Under the pieces are notes generated by a model, which had not been told where the DNA came from, searched no databases, and saw nothing but the letters and a program-made list of their open reading frames with translations. A stretch of 64,000 nucleotides of DNA from Deinococcota bacterium (GTDB taxonomy: Bacteria; Deinococcota; Deinococci; Deinococcales; Thermaceae), in the NCBI GenBank assembly GCA_041695225.1, contig JBGFRI010000015.1:70646-134645 (forward strand), given 5' to 3'. The position numbers were made by a program, and so were the translations under genes. Of the stretch, positions 32,327 to 44,694 are shown one piece after another (the first letter of the stretch is position 1; each line of letters begins with the position of its first letter).

Positions 32327-33751
32327 ATGGGAAAGAGTCTGTACCAGAAAGTCTGGGAAAGTCACGCTATCAGGACACTCCCCAATGGACAAACCCAGCT
32401 ATTCATCGACACCCATCTTATTCACGAGGTTACCAGCCCACAGGCCTTCGGCATGCTGCGCGACCTGGGTCTGAAAGTACGCTTTCCAGAGCGCACCTTT
32501 GCCACCGTAGATCACATAGTGCCCACCCACTCCCTGCTCGAGCCCTTCGCCGACCCCCAGGCCGACGAGATGATCCGCCAGCTGCGCAAGAATGTCCAGG
32601 CCAATGGCATTACCTTCTTCGATCTGGGCTCGGGCCTCCAGGGCATCGTGCACATTATCGGCCCCGAGCTCGGCATCACCCAGCCCGGCATGACCATCGC
32701 CTGTGGCGACAGCCATACCGCCACCCACGGCGCCTTTGGCGCCATTGCCTTTGGCATCGGCACCACCCAGGTGCGCGACGTGCTGGCTACCCAGACCCTG
32801 GCCATGGGCAGACAAAAAGTGCGGCGAATTAATGTGATTGGCAGGCTTGGCGCTGGAGTATACGCCAAAGATGTAATCCTGCACATCATCAGGCTGCTGG
32901 GGGTAAACGGCGGTATTGGCTACGTATACGAGTATGGCGGTAGCGTATTCGATAACTTCAGCATGGAAGAGCGCATGACCGTCTGCAACATGAGCATCGA
33001 GGGCGGGGCGCGCTGTGGCTACGTCAACCCCGACCAGACCACCTTCGATTATTTGCGGAGCCGTCCGTACAGTCCTAAAGGAGCCGCCTGGGACAGGGCA
33101 GTGGCCGAGTGGAAGGCCCTGGCCTCCGACCCCGATGCGCAGTACGACGATCTGGTCAACATCCGGGCCGAGGAGATTGCCCCTACCGTCACCTGGGGCA
33201 TCAACCCCGGCCAGGGCTGTGCGATCACCGACCGGGTGCCAGACCCCGCCCACTACCCCGAGGCCCAACGGGCCGCGCTAAAGGAGGCCCTCATGCACAT
33301 GAAGCTCGAGCCCGGCCAGCCCATCAAAGGGGTCAGGGTCAATGTGGCCTTTCTGGGCAGTTGCACCAATGGCCGCCTTTCCGACTTCCGCGAGGCCGCA
33401 AGGTATCTCAAGGGCCACAAAGTGGCGCCGGGGGTGCGGGCCATTGCGGTGCCGGGTTCGCAGCAGGTTGCCAGGGCCTGTGAGGAGGAAGGTATTGACA
33501 AAATCTTCACCGCTGCAGGCTTCGAGTGGCGCGGGGCAGGCTGCTCGATGTGTCTGGCCATGAACCCCGACAAGCTGGTGGGTGACGAGTTGTGCGCCTC
33601 GAGCTCAAACCGCAACTTCAAAGGGCGGCAGGGCAGCACCACGGGCCGCACCGTGCTGATGTCGCCCCTCATGGTGGTGGCGGCAGCGGTGACGGGCCGG
33701 GTGAGCGATGCGCGGGAGGTGTTCGGAGTTGGAGAGCTGGTGGGCACTTAA
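32327..33751 (+). CDS. leuC: 3-isopropylmalate dehydratase large subunit
   Basis: [37 protein letters not shown]. Confidence 0.97.
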   Translation: MGKSLYQKVWESHAIRTLPNGQTQLFIDTHLIHEVTSPQAFGMLRDLGLKVRFPERTFATVDHIVPTHSLLEPFADPQADEMIRQLRKNVQANGITFFDLGSGLQGIVHIIGPELGITQPGMTIACGDSHTATHGAFGAIAFGIGTTQVRDVLATQTLAMGRQKVRRINVIGRLGAGVYAKDVILHIIRLLGVNGGIGYVYEYGGSVFDNFSMEERMTVCNMSIEGGARCGYVNPDQTTFDYLRSRPYSPKGAAWDRAVAEWKALASDPDAQYDDLVNIRAEEIAPTVTWGINPGQGCAITDRVPDPAHYPEAQRAALKEALMHMKLEPGQPIKGVRVNVAFLGSCTNGRLSDFREAARYLKGHKVAPGVRAIAVPGSQQVARACEEEGIDKIFTAAGFEWRGAGCSMCLAMNPDKLVGDELCASSSNRNFKGRQGSTTGRTVLMSPLMVVAAAVTGRVSDAREVFGVGELVGT

Positions 33752-33876
33752 GCGGACCGCTCGTAATTTTGCATGCTGCGCGGACGACCGGTCAAGCTGG
33801 GGCTCGAGCCCATGCTAGTTAACCGAGCAAGAAGGCATGCTGTTCCACGCTGCTCGAAAGTGCTAGGCTGATTAGT

Positions 33877-34440
33877 ATGATTACCGACCGCAGCACAAAA
33901 AAGTGGAGTTTGCAGGAATACCACCGACTGGGCGAGGCGGGGTTGCTGCAAGACGGGCGGTACGAGCTTTTGGGAGGAGAGATTGTCGAGATGAGTCCGG
34001 TGGGTATTCGCCATAAGGATTGCGTGAGCAGGCTAGTTCGGGTACTGGGTAAACAAATCGCTGGGGCTGCTCAGCTCGAGAGTCAGCAGCCGCTGGTGGT
34101 TGGCGACGAAGAGCCTGTGCCAGACGTCTTCTTGCTTCGACCAGCGGTTGATTTCTACGAGGGACGGCATTTCACCTCAGACGATGTTCTGCTGGTCATC
34201 GAGGTGGCCGAGTCCACCCAGAAGACCGACCAGGAGGTCAAGGTACCCAAATATGCCCTTCATGGCGTACCCGAGGCATGGGTCGTTGACCCTAACTCCG
34301 ACCGGGTCTGGGTGTATCGTCATCCCAAAGCCGGGGTCTATACCAGTATCCAGGCCCACGACCGGGGCATCACATTAAACCCCGAGCTACTTCCTCAGGT
34401 AAGGGTAACCACGGACGAAATCCTGGGAAGGCCGCTGTGA
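33877..34440 (+). CDS. Uma2 family (DUF820) putative endonuclease
   Basis: YELLGGEIVEMSP, PVPD, LVIEVA, KVPKYA..GVPEAWVVD. Confidence 0.88.
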   Translation: MITDRSTKKWSLQEYHRLGEAGLLQDGRYELLGGEIVEMSPVGIRHKDCVSRLVRVLGKQIAGAAQLESQQPLVVGDEEPVPDVFLLRPAVDFYEGRHFTSDDVLLVIEVAESTQKTDQEVKVPKYALHGVPEAWVVDPNSDRVWVYRHPKAGVYTSIQAHDRGITLNPELLPQVRVTTDEILGRPL

Positions 34441-34464
34441 CGACCAGTGCGCCCATCGAGAATG

Positions 34465-34660
34465 TCGCAGGTCAAAGGTCTAAGGTCTGCAACGGTCTCG
34501 TGTTTTGGCCTTCGACGTTCGTCTTTCGACCTTCGACCAGGAGCGCTAGCGCTTCGACCTTCGACCATGCGCGTGAGCGCATCTTCGCAGGTCTCAGGTC
34601 GTAGGTGGTAGGTGGTAGGTCGAAAGCTATCAGCTATGGGCTATCGGCTATCGGCATAGA
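34465..34660. repeat. Composite heptamer repeat element (TTCGACC family) plus GCTATCG tract
   Basis: ggtctaaggtctgc...ggccttcgacgttcgtctttcgaccttcgaccag..gcgctagcgc; homologous to 42766, 47180, 48750, 51520. Confidence 0.8.
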
Positions 34661-34701
34661 ATTTGGATTGTGGCCTTAGGTTACTTTAGCGAGGTGTAGG
34701 A

Positions 34702-34914
34702 ATGATGTTGTCGGAGCTTTTGCGCGGGGTTGTGCTGATAGTGGTCTCGATACTGCTGGCTGTGGCCACTCTGGGGCTGTGGTTTGGCAATATGGAGACC
34801 AGCCCGGTAATTAGCTGGCTGGTATTCGTGGTGGGGTTTTCCGTCAGCGCCGTCTCGGCCATTGCCGGTATCTGGGGCATCCTGGCAACTTTCAAGGATA
34901 AGGAGGAGGGATAG
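34702..34914 (+). CDS. Small two-TM membrane protein abutting leuD
   Basis: GAGGT SD; two hydrophobic helices; stop codon directly adjacent to leuD ATG. Confidence 0.65.
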   Translation: MMLSELLRGVVLIVVSILLAVATLGLWFGNMETSPVISWLVFVVGFSVSAVSAIAGIWGILATFKDKEEG

Positions 34915-35517
34915 ATGGCGTTAGAGCAGATCAAGCAGGTTGAAGGTAGGGCGGTCTATATTCCGGGCAACGATATAGACACCGACCGTATCACCCCGGC
35001 ACGCTACCTTAAGGTGGTTACCTTTGATGGTCTGGGTGAGGCTCTGTTTTTCGACGAGCGCTTCAATGCCGACGGTTCGCAGAAGCCTCACCCCCTCAAC
35101 GACCCCCGCTTCAAAGGGGCTTCAATCATGCTGGTGGGCGCCAATTTCGGCTGTGGCTCCTCGCGCGAGCACTCGCCACAGGCCATCTATCGGGCCGGCT
35201 TCCGCTCCATTGTCGGGGAGAGCTTCGCCGAGATTTTCTTTGGCAACGCCGCCGCCCTCGGGGTGCCCTGTGTTACAGCGTCCAGGGAGAGTATTGAGTC
35301 TCTGGCCAAGGCCATTGAGCAAGACCCTGGCCTGAGAGTCAGGGTAGACGTGGAAAACCTCGAGGTGCGCTACGGCAATCAGTCCTTCGCGGTTAGTCTG
35401 CCTGCAACAGCCCAGAAAGCCCTGGTACAGGGCCGCTGGGATCCCATTGCCGACCTGCTCGAGGCCGGCGAACTGCTCGAGCAAGCCTCGGCCAGGCTGC
35501 CCAAAGCTACTCTTTGA
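34915..35517 (+). CDS. leuD: 3-isopropylmalate dehydratase small subunit
   Basis: DIDTDRI, NFGCGSSREH, SFAEIFFGN. Confidence 0.96.
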   Translation: MALEQIKQVEGRAVYIPGNDIDTDRITPARYLKVVTFDGLGEALFFDERFNADGSQKPHPLNDPRFKGASIMLVGANFGCGSSREHSPQAIYRAGFRSIVGESFAEIFFGNAAALGVPCVTASRESIESLAKAIEQDPGLRVRVDVENLEVRYGNQSFAVSLPATAQKALVQGRWDPIADLLEAGELLEQASARLPKATL

Positions 35518-35520
35518 AAG

Positions 35521-36745
<1,225 letters not shown>

Positions 36746-36854
36746 CTATAGGCTAACGACCATTGACTATCGACTTATTACATATCGAGCCTCGAGTCAG
36801 CCTGAGGTCTAGTTGACTCTGGCAGTCTGGGGCCATCAAGTGTATATACAGAGC

Positions 36855-37601
36855 ATGAAACTCAAGGATCAAACCCTCATCATCACTGGGGCCAGCCGGG
36901 GCATTGGCCAGGCCCTGGCCCAGGAACTCGCAATAGCCGGGGCCAGTCTGGTAATTTGCGCTCGCAACCAGACCGCTTTGGAATTTGTGCGCCAGCAGGT
37001 GCAAGACCTGGGTGTGCGCTGTGAGTCGGTAGCGGGTAACGTGGCCCACAGCAACGTAGCCGAAGCTTTGGTTAGGGCCGCTCTAAAGCTGGGGAACTTT
37101 GCCGGTTTTATTCACAACGCCGGCGTTCTAAATGCCGGGCCACTGGCTTACGAGCTAATCGAAGCCCAGTACGACGAGGTCATGGACTCCAATGTAAAAG
37201 GGGGTTATCAGCTGGCGCGCTTTGCCTATCCCCATCTGATCCGCCAGCCCAGCAGTATTGCCGTTTTTTTGGGCTCTGGCGTAGCAGAGCACAATATTGC
37301 CGGAATGGGTATCTATGCCATTGCCAAGGCTGCCGAGGAGCACTTCGCCCGGCAGCTGGCGACAGAAGCCCCCGAGATGACCTGCTTCATCTACCGACCC
37401 GGTATTGTAGAAACCGAGATGCAAAAACAACTCCGCGAAGCTCAGGGCGGGGGGAGCGAGACCTTACGCCCGCTCTTCAGGGGCTACAAGGCGCAAGGCC
37501 GGCTGCTTACCCCCGAGCAGTCGGCCAGGTCGCTGGTGCGGATACTTCTGGGCAATCCCCGCAAATTCCACGGCAAGGTTGCCACCCCGACCGATCTTTA
37601 G
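36855..37601 (+). CDS. SDR-family oxidoreductase
   Basis: TGASRGIG, HNAG, YAIAK. Confidence 0.88.
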   Translation: MKLKDQTLIITGASRGIGQALAQELAIAGASLVICARNQTALEFVRQQVQDLGVRCESVAGNVAHSNVAEALVRAALKLGNFAGFIHNAGVLNAGPLAYELIEAQYDEVMDSNVKGGYQLARFAYPHLIRQPSSIAVFLGSGVAEHNIAGMGIYAIAKAAEEHFARQLATEAPEMTCFIYRPGIVETEMQKQLREAQGGGSETLRPLFRGYKAQGRLLTPEQSARSLVRILLGNPRKFHGKVATPTDL

Positions 37602-37727
37602 GGCTTTGCTTGCTGCGATCGATCCGGTAAACTTGTGCGCAAGCTGTGTTCTGCACCATACTACCAGCCTAAAGCGCAAAAGGGTCGCTAGCGCGGTAAA
37701 TGCTTTCAGACCATCGGAGGTTAAACC

Positions 37728-39392
37728 ATGCGTTCAGACATTATCAGAAAAGGCCCTCAGCGCTCACCCGCCCGCGCCATGCTGCGCGCCGTGGGAATTG
37801 GTGATGAGGAGTTCAAGATACCCTGGGTGGGCCTGGTCAACACCTGGACCGAAGGCATGCCCTGTAACTTCCATCTTCGCGACCTGGCAGCCGACCTGAA
37901 AGTTGCCGCCAGGCAGGCTGGCTTCCAGACCTTCGAGTTTGGCGCACCGGTCATCTCGGACGCCATCAGCATGGGCACCGTGGGGATGCGGGCTTCTCTG
38001 GTTGGCCGGGACGTCATTGCCGACTGTATAGAGCTGGTGGCCCAGGGCTACCTCTACGATGGCATGATAGCCCTGGTGGGCTGTGATAAGTCGAACCCCG
38101 GCGGCATGATGGGGGTAATCCGGGCCAACGTGCCCAGCCTGGTGCTCTACGGCGGCACCGTGGCACCGGGACATCTGGATGACAGAACCCTTACCATCGT
38201 CTCGGCTTTCGAGGCAGTGGGGCAGTATGCAGCAGGCCATATCACGCTGGAGCAGCTCGAGGCCATCGAACGCGCTGCCATTCCCGGGCCGGGTACCTGC
38301 GGTGGGCAGTACACCGCCAATACCATGGCCATGATTCTGGAGGTTATGGGTTTCTCGCCGGCTGGCTACAACAGCATTCCTGCCGTTGCCCCAGAAAAAA
38401 AGCAGGCCGGCCACCAGGCCATGCAGGTGCTGGCCGACGCCATCCGCGAGGGGCGCACCCCCAGAAGCTTCCTCAGCAAAAAGTCTTTTACCAACGCTAT
38501 TGCTGCCGTAGCGGCCACCGGCGGCTCCACCAATACCGTTCTGCACCTGCTGGCCATTGCCAAAGAGGCCGGAATCAGGCTTAAACTTGAAGAATTCGAC
38601 AAAATTTCCCGCAAGACCCCGGTGATTGTAGATATGATGCCCTGGGGCAAGTACACTGCATGGGAGCTGTACCAGGCTGGTGGTATCCCGCTCATAATCC
38701 GCCGCCTGATTGAGGGCGAACTGATTGATGGGGACCAGATCACCATCACCGGAAAAACCCTCTGGCAGGAGACCAGTAAAGCCCAGGAGGTCAGGGGCCA
38801 GAAGGTGGTGCTAAAAGCAGATAAGCCCTTTAAGCGCGAAGGGGGGCTGCGGGTGTTGAAGGGCTCCCTGGCACCAGAAGGCTCGGTGCTGAAGCTGGTG
38901 GGGGCCGAGACCAGGGTTCATGCTGGCCCGGCTCGAGTTTTCGACAGCGAAGATGCCGCCATGAAGGCGGTGCTGAAGAAGAAAATCCAGCCGGGCGATG
39001 TGGTGGTTATCCGCTACGAAGGCCCCAAGGGCGCTCCGGGAATGCCGGAGATGCTCTCGGTGACCTCGGCCCTGGTGGGCGAAGGTCTGGGGTCCCACGT
39101 GGCCCTGGTTACCGATGGCCGCTTTTCGGGTGGAACCCGTGGTCTGATGATCGGGCATGTGGCCCCGGAGGCCCAGGTGGGCGGCCCCATAGCGCTTGTC
39201 AGAGAAGGCGACATCATCTCGATTGACTGCGACAAGGGTGTACTCAACCTGGAAGTTGGACAAAAGGAACTCGACAAGCGGGCCAAAGCCTGGAAGGCCC
39301 CCAGGCCCCATTACCAGAGCGGGCTGTTTGCCCGTTATGCAGCGCTGGTGAGCAGTGCTAGCCAGGGGGCGGTGATGGTCAACCCGGACTAG
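37728..39392 (+). CDS. ilvD: Dihydroxy-acid dehydratase
   Basis: [39 protein letters not shown]. Confidence 0.95.
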   Translation: MRSDIIRKGPQRSPARAMLRAVGIGDEEFKIPWVGLVNTWTEGMPCNFHLRDLAADLKVAARQAGFQTFEFGAPVISDAISMGTVGMRASLVGRDVIADCIELVAQGYLYDGMIALVGCDKSNPGGMMGVIRANVPSLVLYGGTVAPGHLDDRTLTIVSAFEAVGQYAAGHITLEQLEAIERAAIPGPGTCGGQYTANTMAMILEVMGFSPAGYNSIPAVAPEKKQAGHQAMQVLADAIREGRTPRSFLSKKSFTNAIAAVAATGGSTNTVLHLLAIAKEAGIRLKLEEFDKISRKTPVIVDMMPWGKYTAWELYQAGGIPLIIRRLIEGELIDGDQITITGKTLWQETSKAQEVRGQKVVLKADKPFKREGGLRVLKGSLAPEGSVLKLVGAETRVHAGPARVFDSEDAAMKAVLKKKIQPGDVVVIRYEGPKGAPGMPEMLSVTSALVGEGLGSHVALVTDGRFSGGTRGLMIGHVAPEAQVGGPIALVREGDIISIDCDKGVLNLEVGQKELDKRAKAWKAPRPHYQSGLFARYAALVSSASQGAVMVNPD

Positions 39393-39738
39393 ATGACACT
39401 CCCGCCAGCCACGCGGTCCTTATGGTCTTCGAGCCTTCAGAACCGGATATGCGACTTTTGCCGCATCCGATGGCCCAGTCTGGTCGGCCTCCTTGTGTTC
39501 CGCCGTCATGAGGTGGTGTCCAGTACTCTCCCCTGCAAGCCGCACCTGCCACCCTGGCCCCGTAGAAGTTGTGCGTTCCCCCCTCTTAGAACGTCCAGAG
39601 GCCTTTGCGGCGTGATTACCGCTGCTAGGGTATCAGGTTTGTGACCCTGTAAGGCCGCAAGCAGCTAGAACTCCTGGGACTCTGGCGACTGTTGGCTTAG
39701 GACCCCTTAGCAACGATACCCGCAGTTTGTAGTCTCAT

Positions 39739-40908
39739 TCACTGCAAAAAATCCAGCACTGTTCTGGCAATTAGCTCGGTGCCAAGGGGCAGTGAACGCT
39801 GGTCGTCAATCCAGAAGCCAGGGTGGTGGTGGGGACGGTTTTTGGCGGGGTCTGGGTCGCCAGCGCCCAGCCAGAAGTAAACCCCGGGGCGCCGGTTCAA
39901 AAACTCCGACATATCGTCTCCGCCCATTACCGGTGGCACCTCGAGGACCGACTCCTCCCCTACTACCCGCTGTGCTACCTGGCGGAAGCGCTCGACCATC
40001 ACCGGATCGTTCACCACCGCGGGCGAACCCCGCAGCCAGACCACCTCGGCGCTACCCCCCAGGGCTGCAGCGATGCCCTGACTCATCTCGCCAATACGGC
40101 GGATCAGTTTTTCGCGCAGCCGGGCATCGAAGGTGCGCAGAGTGCCTTTTAGCTCGGCGGTTTCGGGGATGACATTGTGCGCCCCTTGGCCTGCCATTAC
40201 GCTAGCAATGGTAATCACCGAGGTGCCAACCGGGTCGGTCTCGCGGCTGACCAGGCTTTGCAAGGCCACGATAACATGCGAGGCCATCAGTACGGTGTCT
40301 ACCCCCTCGTGGGGCATGGCGGCGTGTGCGCCTTTACCACGCAGATGAATAGTAAAGGCATCGGCGGCGGCCATAGAGGGGCCTGGTCTTACCCCTACCT
40401 TTCCGGCTGGCAACAGGCTGTACAGGTGAAGGCCGACAACTGCGTCTACCCCTTCAAGTACCCCGGCCTCTACCATTGGCAGGGCGCCAGAGACAATTTC
40501 TTCTGCGGGCTGAAAAGCAAAGCGTACCTCTCCCGCGAGCTGCTCTTTGAAGCGAGCAAAAACCGCCGCCACATGGGCTGTAATGGCTGCGTGTCCGTCG
40601 TGACCACATGCGTGCATGACCCCAGGAAACTGGGAAGTGTATTCAACCCCAGAGGCTTCGTGAATGGGCAGGGCATCAATGTCGGCCCGCACCAGCACCG
40701 TTTTGCCGGGTTTAGTCCCTTTAAGTCTGGCTACCAGGCCAGTCTGGGCAACTCCCCGAGTAACCTCAAGCCCCAGTTTCTCCAAGAACTCGGCCAGCTT
40801 AGCACTGGTACGCACTTCCTGAAAAGCCAGCTCGGGGTGGCGGTGGAAGTCTCGGCGCATCTCTAGCAGACTGGGTGTAAGATCGGCAATAACTTCAGAT
40901 AGATTCAT
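39739..40908 (-). CDS. M20D family amidohydrolase
   Basis: HRHPEL, RADIDALP, MHACGHDGH, FQPAEE, HHP. Confidence 0.9.
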   Translation of the reverse strand: MNLSEVIADLTPSLLEMRRDFHRHPELAFQEVRTSAKLAEFLEKLGLEVTRGVAQTGLVARLKGTKPGKTVLVRADIDALPIHEASGVEYTSQFPGVMHACGHDGHAAITAHVAAVFARFKEQLAGEVRFAFQPAEEIVSGALPMVEAGVLEGVDAVVGLHLYSLLPAGKVGVRPGPSMAAADAFTIHLRGKGAHAAMPHEGVDTVLMASHVIVALQSLVSRETDPVGTSVITIASVMAGQGAHNVIPETAELKGTLRTFDARLREKLIRRIGEMSQGIAAALGGSAEVVWLRGSPAVVNDPVMVERFRQVAQRVVGEESVLEVPPVMGGDDMSEFLNRRPGVYFWLGAGDPDPAKNRPHHHPGFWIDDQRSLPLGTELIARTVLDFLQ

Positions 40909-40965
40909 GAGATTTCATCAAACATCTTCAAGCCCAATACGTCAACCCCCTGGTTCTGGTTTACC

Positions 40966-40980
40966 TTGAACTCGGTATAA
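40966..40980. promoter_or_regulatory. Putative Thermus-type FadR (TetR family) operator upstream of fadD
   Basis: TTGAACTCGGTATAA fits TTRNACYNRGTNYAA (consensus as recalled); weaker second site at 40994-41008. Confidence 0.6.
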
Positions 40981-41036
40981 GATTTCTTTAGACTTGTACC
41001 GAGCAAACTATGCTTGGATCTAAAAGGAGCAACCAC

Positions 41037-42737
41037 ATGAACAGACCATGGCTCAAACACTACGACAAAGGTGTCCCGGCGGAAGTCCAGATTCCTGATC
41101 TTCCTCTGTGGAAACTGCTTGCCGACACTTCCAAAAAATACCCCGATCACGTTGCGCTGGAGTTTATGGGCAAGGTGATGGGCTACCGGCAACTCTGGGA
41201 CTCGGTGGAGAAATTTGCCGGGGCACTGCGCGCCCAGGGCCTCAGTCCGGGCGACCGGGTGGCGATCATGCTGCCCAACTGCCCACAGTTCGTGATTGCT
41301 TTTTACGGAACTCTGGTAGCAGGCGGGGTATGCGTGAATGTCAACCCGCTCTACACCCCTCGAGAGCTGCGTCACCAGCTTGCCGATGCTGGGGCCGAGA
41401 CCCTGGTAATACTGGATCTGCTCTGGCCGCGCTACGCTGAAATTGAAGAGGATGTTCCGGTTAAGCGGGTTTTTACCACCGGAATTCAGGACTACCTGCC
41501 CTTTCCCAAAAACCTGCTCTTTCCCCTTAAGGTAAAGCGTGAGAAACGCTGGGTTAACCTTCCTCAGCACCCCAAACGCCTGGACTTCAAAAAGTCACTC
41601 AAAGCGGCCTCGCCAATTACCCAGCCCCACCCCGCCAAGCCAGAAGACCTGGCCCTGCTACAGTACACTGGCGGAACCACCGGGGTCTCCAAAGGGGCCA
41701 TGCTATCCCACCGCAACCTGGTAGCCAACACTTACCAGAGCCTGGCCTGGGGCGGAGACGAAGTAAAAGGCATGGATGGCAAGGGTGTAATGCTCGGCGC
41801 AATTCCCTTTTTCCATGTATACGGCATGACCGTGGCCATGAACTATGGCATCGCCGCCGGCTACAAGATTGTCTTACTACCCAGGCCCGAGGTAAAACCC
41901 AGCATCGAGGCCATCGAGAAGCACGGCGTTACCCACTTTCCGGGTGTACCCACCCTGTACATTGGCTTCAACAATTTTCCCGGCATTGAAAAGCGCAAGA
42001 TTGGAACAGTGCGGGTCTGCATTTCCGGATCGGCAGCGCTGCCGGTAGAAGTAACCAAAAAGTTCGAACAGCTTACCGGGGGCAAGCTGGTAGAGGGCTA
42101 CGGCCTGACCGAGGCCGCCCCTTGTACCCACTGTAACCCCATCGCCGGAGAGCGCAGGATTGGCAGTATTGGCCTGCCCATGCCAGGAATTGATGCCAAG
42201 GTACTTGACGAAAACCTGAACGAAGCACCCATTGGCGAGGTGGGTGAGCTGGCCGTTCGCGGCCCAAATGTGATGATGGGTTACTGGCAGCTCCCCGAAG
42301 AAACCAGCAGGGCCATCAAGATTGACTGGCTACTCACCGGCGACATGGCCACGATGGACGAGGACGGCTACTTTTACATCGTGGATCGCAAAAAAGACAT
42401 GATTATCGCCGGCGGTTACAACGTCTACCCCCGTGAAGTGGAAGAGGTTCTGTATGCTCATCCAGATGTAGCCGAGGCTGCGGTAGTGGGGCTGCCGGAC
42501 GAGTACCGCGGGGAGACAGTGGCGGCGTTTATTGTAGCAAAACCTGGCAAGAGCCCCAGTAAAGAAGAGCTAGACAAGTTCTGCCGGGCCAACCTGGCCG
42601 CCTACAAAGTACCCCGCATCTATGAGTTCAAGAACGAGCTGCCTAAAAGCGCGGTGGGCAAAGTGCTGCGCCGTGAACTACGCGAAACGGTCCTAAAGGA
42701 GCGTGCTGGTTCGGGTAGCAAGGGCTCGCCAGGGTAG
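41037..42737 (+). CDS. fadD: Long-chain fatty acid--CoA ligase
   Basis: YTGGTTGVSKG, EGYGLTE, TGD, DRKKD, KSAVGK; AGGAG SD. Confidence 0.92.
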   Translation: MNRPWLKHYDKGVPAEVQIPDLPLWKLLADTSKKYPDHVALEFMGKVMGYRQLWDSVEKFAGALRAQGLSPGDRVAIMLPNCPQFVIAFYGTLVAGGVCVNVNPLYTPRELRHQLADAGAETLVILDLLWPRYAEIEEDVPVKRVFTTGIQDYLPFPKNLLFPLKVKREKRWVNLPQHPKRLDFKKSLKAASPITQPHPAKPEDLALLQYTGGTTGVSKGAMLSHRNLVANTYQSLAWGGDEVKGMDGKGVMLGAIPFFHVYGMTVAMNYGIAAGYKIVLLPRPEVKPSIEAIEKHGVTHFPGVPTLYIGFNNFPGIEKRKIGTVRVCISGSAALPVEVTKKFEQLTGGKLVEGYGLTEAAPCTHCNPIAGERRIGSIGLPMPGIDAKVLDENLNEAPIGEVGELAVRGPNVMMGYWQLPEETSRAIKIDWLLTGDMATMDEDGYFYIVDRKKDMIIAGGYNVYPREVEEVLYAHPDVAEAAVVGLPDEYRGETVAAFIVAKPGKSPSKEELDKFCRANLAAYKVPRIYEFKNELPKSAVGKVLRRELRETVLKERAGSGSKGSPG

Positions 42738-42765
42738 TGGAGTCGGCACGGTAACGGCTAGGCGT

Positions 42766-43006
42766 CAAGGTATAAATGTCAAAGGTCGAAGGAAAGAACG
42801 TCACGGGTCAAGGGGCGAGGGAGAGATTGTCGAAGGTTGAGGAAAAGAACGTCATGGTCGAAGGTCTGCGACGGTCTCACATGTTGGCCTTCGACCTTCG
42901 TCTTTCGACCTTAGACCAAGCGCGCAAGCGCATGTTTGGCCTTCGACCTTGGTCTTTCGACCTTAGACCAAGCGCGTTAGCGCATGCTTCGCAGGTCTAA
43001 GGTCTA
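42766..43006. repeat. Composite heptamer repeat element (~240 nt)
   Basis: GGTCGAA tract, GAGGGAGAGATTGTCGAAGG block, TTCGACC tracts, GCGCGCAAGCGC/GCGCGTTAGCGC; collinear with 51520-51765. Confidence 0.85.
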
Positions 43007-43013
43007 GGGCAGC

Positions 43014-44414
43014 TCACAGCTTTAGGTTTCTGTGAATGCGCCGGGTTAGACGCCAGACCCCCCAGACCACCAGTGGAATCAGTACCCCCACGGTGAGTTC
43101 GGGGTTAATGGGTATTCCAGCAGCACTGACCGCACGAGCAGCGTATAGCAGCAGGCTGATGGCGTAATAGGAAATTGCCACTACCGAGAGGCCTTCCACA
43201 GTTCTTTGCAGCTTCAACTGTAGCTCCTGACCACGGCTGAGCTTGGCTAGTAGCTGCTGGTTTTGGGTCTCGAGGGTAATGTCTACCCGGGTTCGCAAGA
43301 GCGCCCCGGTTCGTTCGATACGCTGGGAGAGATGGCCCAGACGGTCTGCTGCAGCTTGTATGGTGGCCATGGCCGGGCCAAAGCGGCGCTGTAAGAACTC
43401 GCCGATAGTCTGGGTACCGGGAATGGCCCCCTCACGCATCTCGGTAAGACGCGAGTTGACCAGGGCATGATAGGCATGGCTTGCTGCAAAGCGGTAGCCG
43501 TGCTTGGCAATGGCCCGCTCGATACGTGCTGCCAGAGCCTCGAGGCTATCCAACAGCTCCTGTGCAGAGCGGCCCACATCCTCCACCGCAGCAGTAATAT
43601 CTGCTAGTGAACGCTCGGCCTCAGGTAGCATGGCCTGTACTTCCTTGGCTACCGGCAGGCCCAGCAGGGCCAGCATGCGGTAGGTCTCTAGCTCCAAGAG
43701 TCGGGTAGCAACACGGCCAGCACGGGTCTCCGACGTATCCGGCGTGACCACAACCAGGATCCGCTCATACCCGTTAGGGCGCAGTCTGAAATCGGCAACG
43801 GCATAGCTGTGCATGGTGCGGCCCATCAGCGAGGCCACCACGGTCTGTTCCCCGAAGAACTGCCGCACCAACGGGGAGGGCAGAGTGATACAGCTCACCT
43901 CGCCCTCGAGTATGACCAACTCAATGGCCGCCAGGGTACGCCCAGGTATGCCATTTAGCCAGGCAGGTTCTACAATTAACCCGGTCAACAGGTCGGGCTC
44001 GGCAGAGTTTTCCAGTACCGCCGGTGGCAAAGGCTGTATTAAAGTGTAGCTGGTAAACTCGGTATGCCGCTCCCAGCGCAGACTTCCCCCCGGCAAGGCC
44101 AGGTGTAAAAAGGTGCTGGCAAGCTGGTCGAGGTGTATCTCGCCCTGCCCCACCAGCATGCGCAGGTGCTCCAGTTCCTGCTGGCGGGTGATGCCTTCGT
44201 TTAGTACCGCAACGTGCACTACCAGCGCAGGCGGCCGGATACGGGCCATGGGGCGGGCGTGTAGCTCGTTGTGAAGCTCGCGGCGCTGTTTGTCTTCGAG
44301 TGGTAGCAAGTGTGCATCTGTGGGCAGGGGTATGACCCCGGGCAAGGCCCCAAGGGTATAACCGAGCCCCCGGCGGTGGCTGTCTGAGCGATAAATCATG
44401 CTGGCCTCCGTCAA
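43014..44414 (-). CDS. DUF3422 family membrane-anchored protein
   Basis: LHNELHARP, WERHTEF, RLLELETYRMLALLGLP, TVEGLSVVAISYY; start may be ATG 44399. Confidence 0.85.
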   Translation of the reverse strand: MTEASMIYRSDSHRRGLGYTLGALPGVIPLPTDAHLLPLEDKQRRELHNELHARPMARIRPPALVVHVAVLNEGITRQQELEHLRMLVGQGEIHLDQLASTFLHLALPGGSLRWERHTEFTSYTLIQPLPPAVLENSAEPDLLTGLIVEPAWLNGIPGRTLAAIELVILEGEVSCITLPSPLVRQFFGEQTVVASLMGRTMHSYAVADFRLRPNGYERILVVVTPDTSETRAGRVATRLLELETYRMLALLGLPVAKEVQAMLPEAERSLADITAAVEDVGRSAQELLDSLEALAARIERAIAKHGYRFAASHAYHALVNSRLTEMREGAIPGTQTIGEFLQRRFGPAMATIQAAADRLGHLSQRIERTGALLRTRVDITLETQNQQLLAKLSRGQELQLKLQRTVEGLSVVAISYYAISLLLYAARAVSAAGIPINPELTVGVLIPLVVWGVWRLTRRIHRNLKL

Positions 44415-44694
44415 AAGTGTTTGCCGATTTATGCCAGGAGTTCGGCTTTAGGGTTGGCGGGCAACAAAGCCCGCTTCCCCTGTGCCTGAAAATAGCATGG
44501 CTATCTGGGTTCGTGCAAGTTCTCGCATTATGGCAGCAGAGCCGTGATCGGTTCTGGGCAGAAAGCCCTTGGAGTCGCGCATTGTGGCGGTTGGGTTTAT
44601 ACCACCCGTCTCGAGACGCTAATTACGGAGCCTGCCCAGAGCATTGCGACGGAGCGCGTACTCTTTGCTCAAGCGCGGCCCCTTTTGAAGATGT

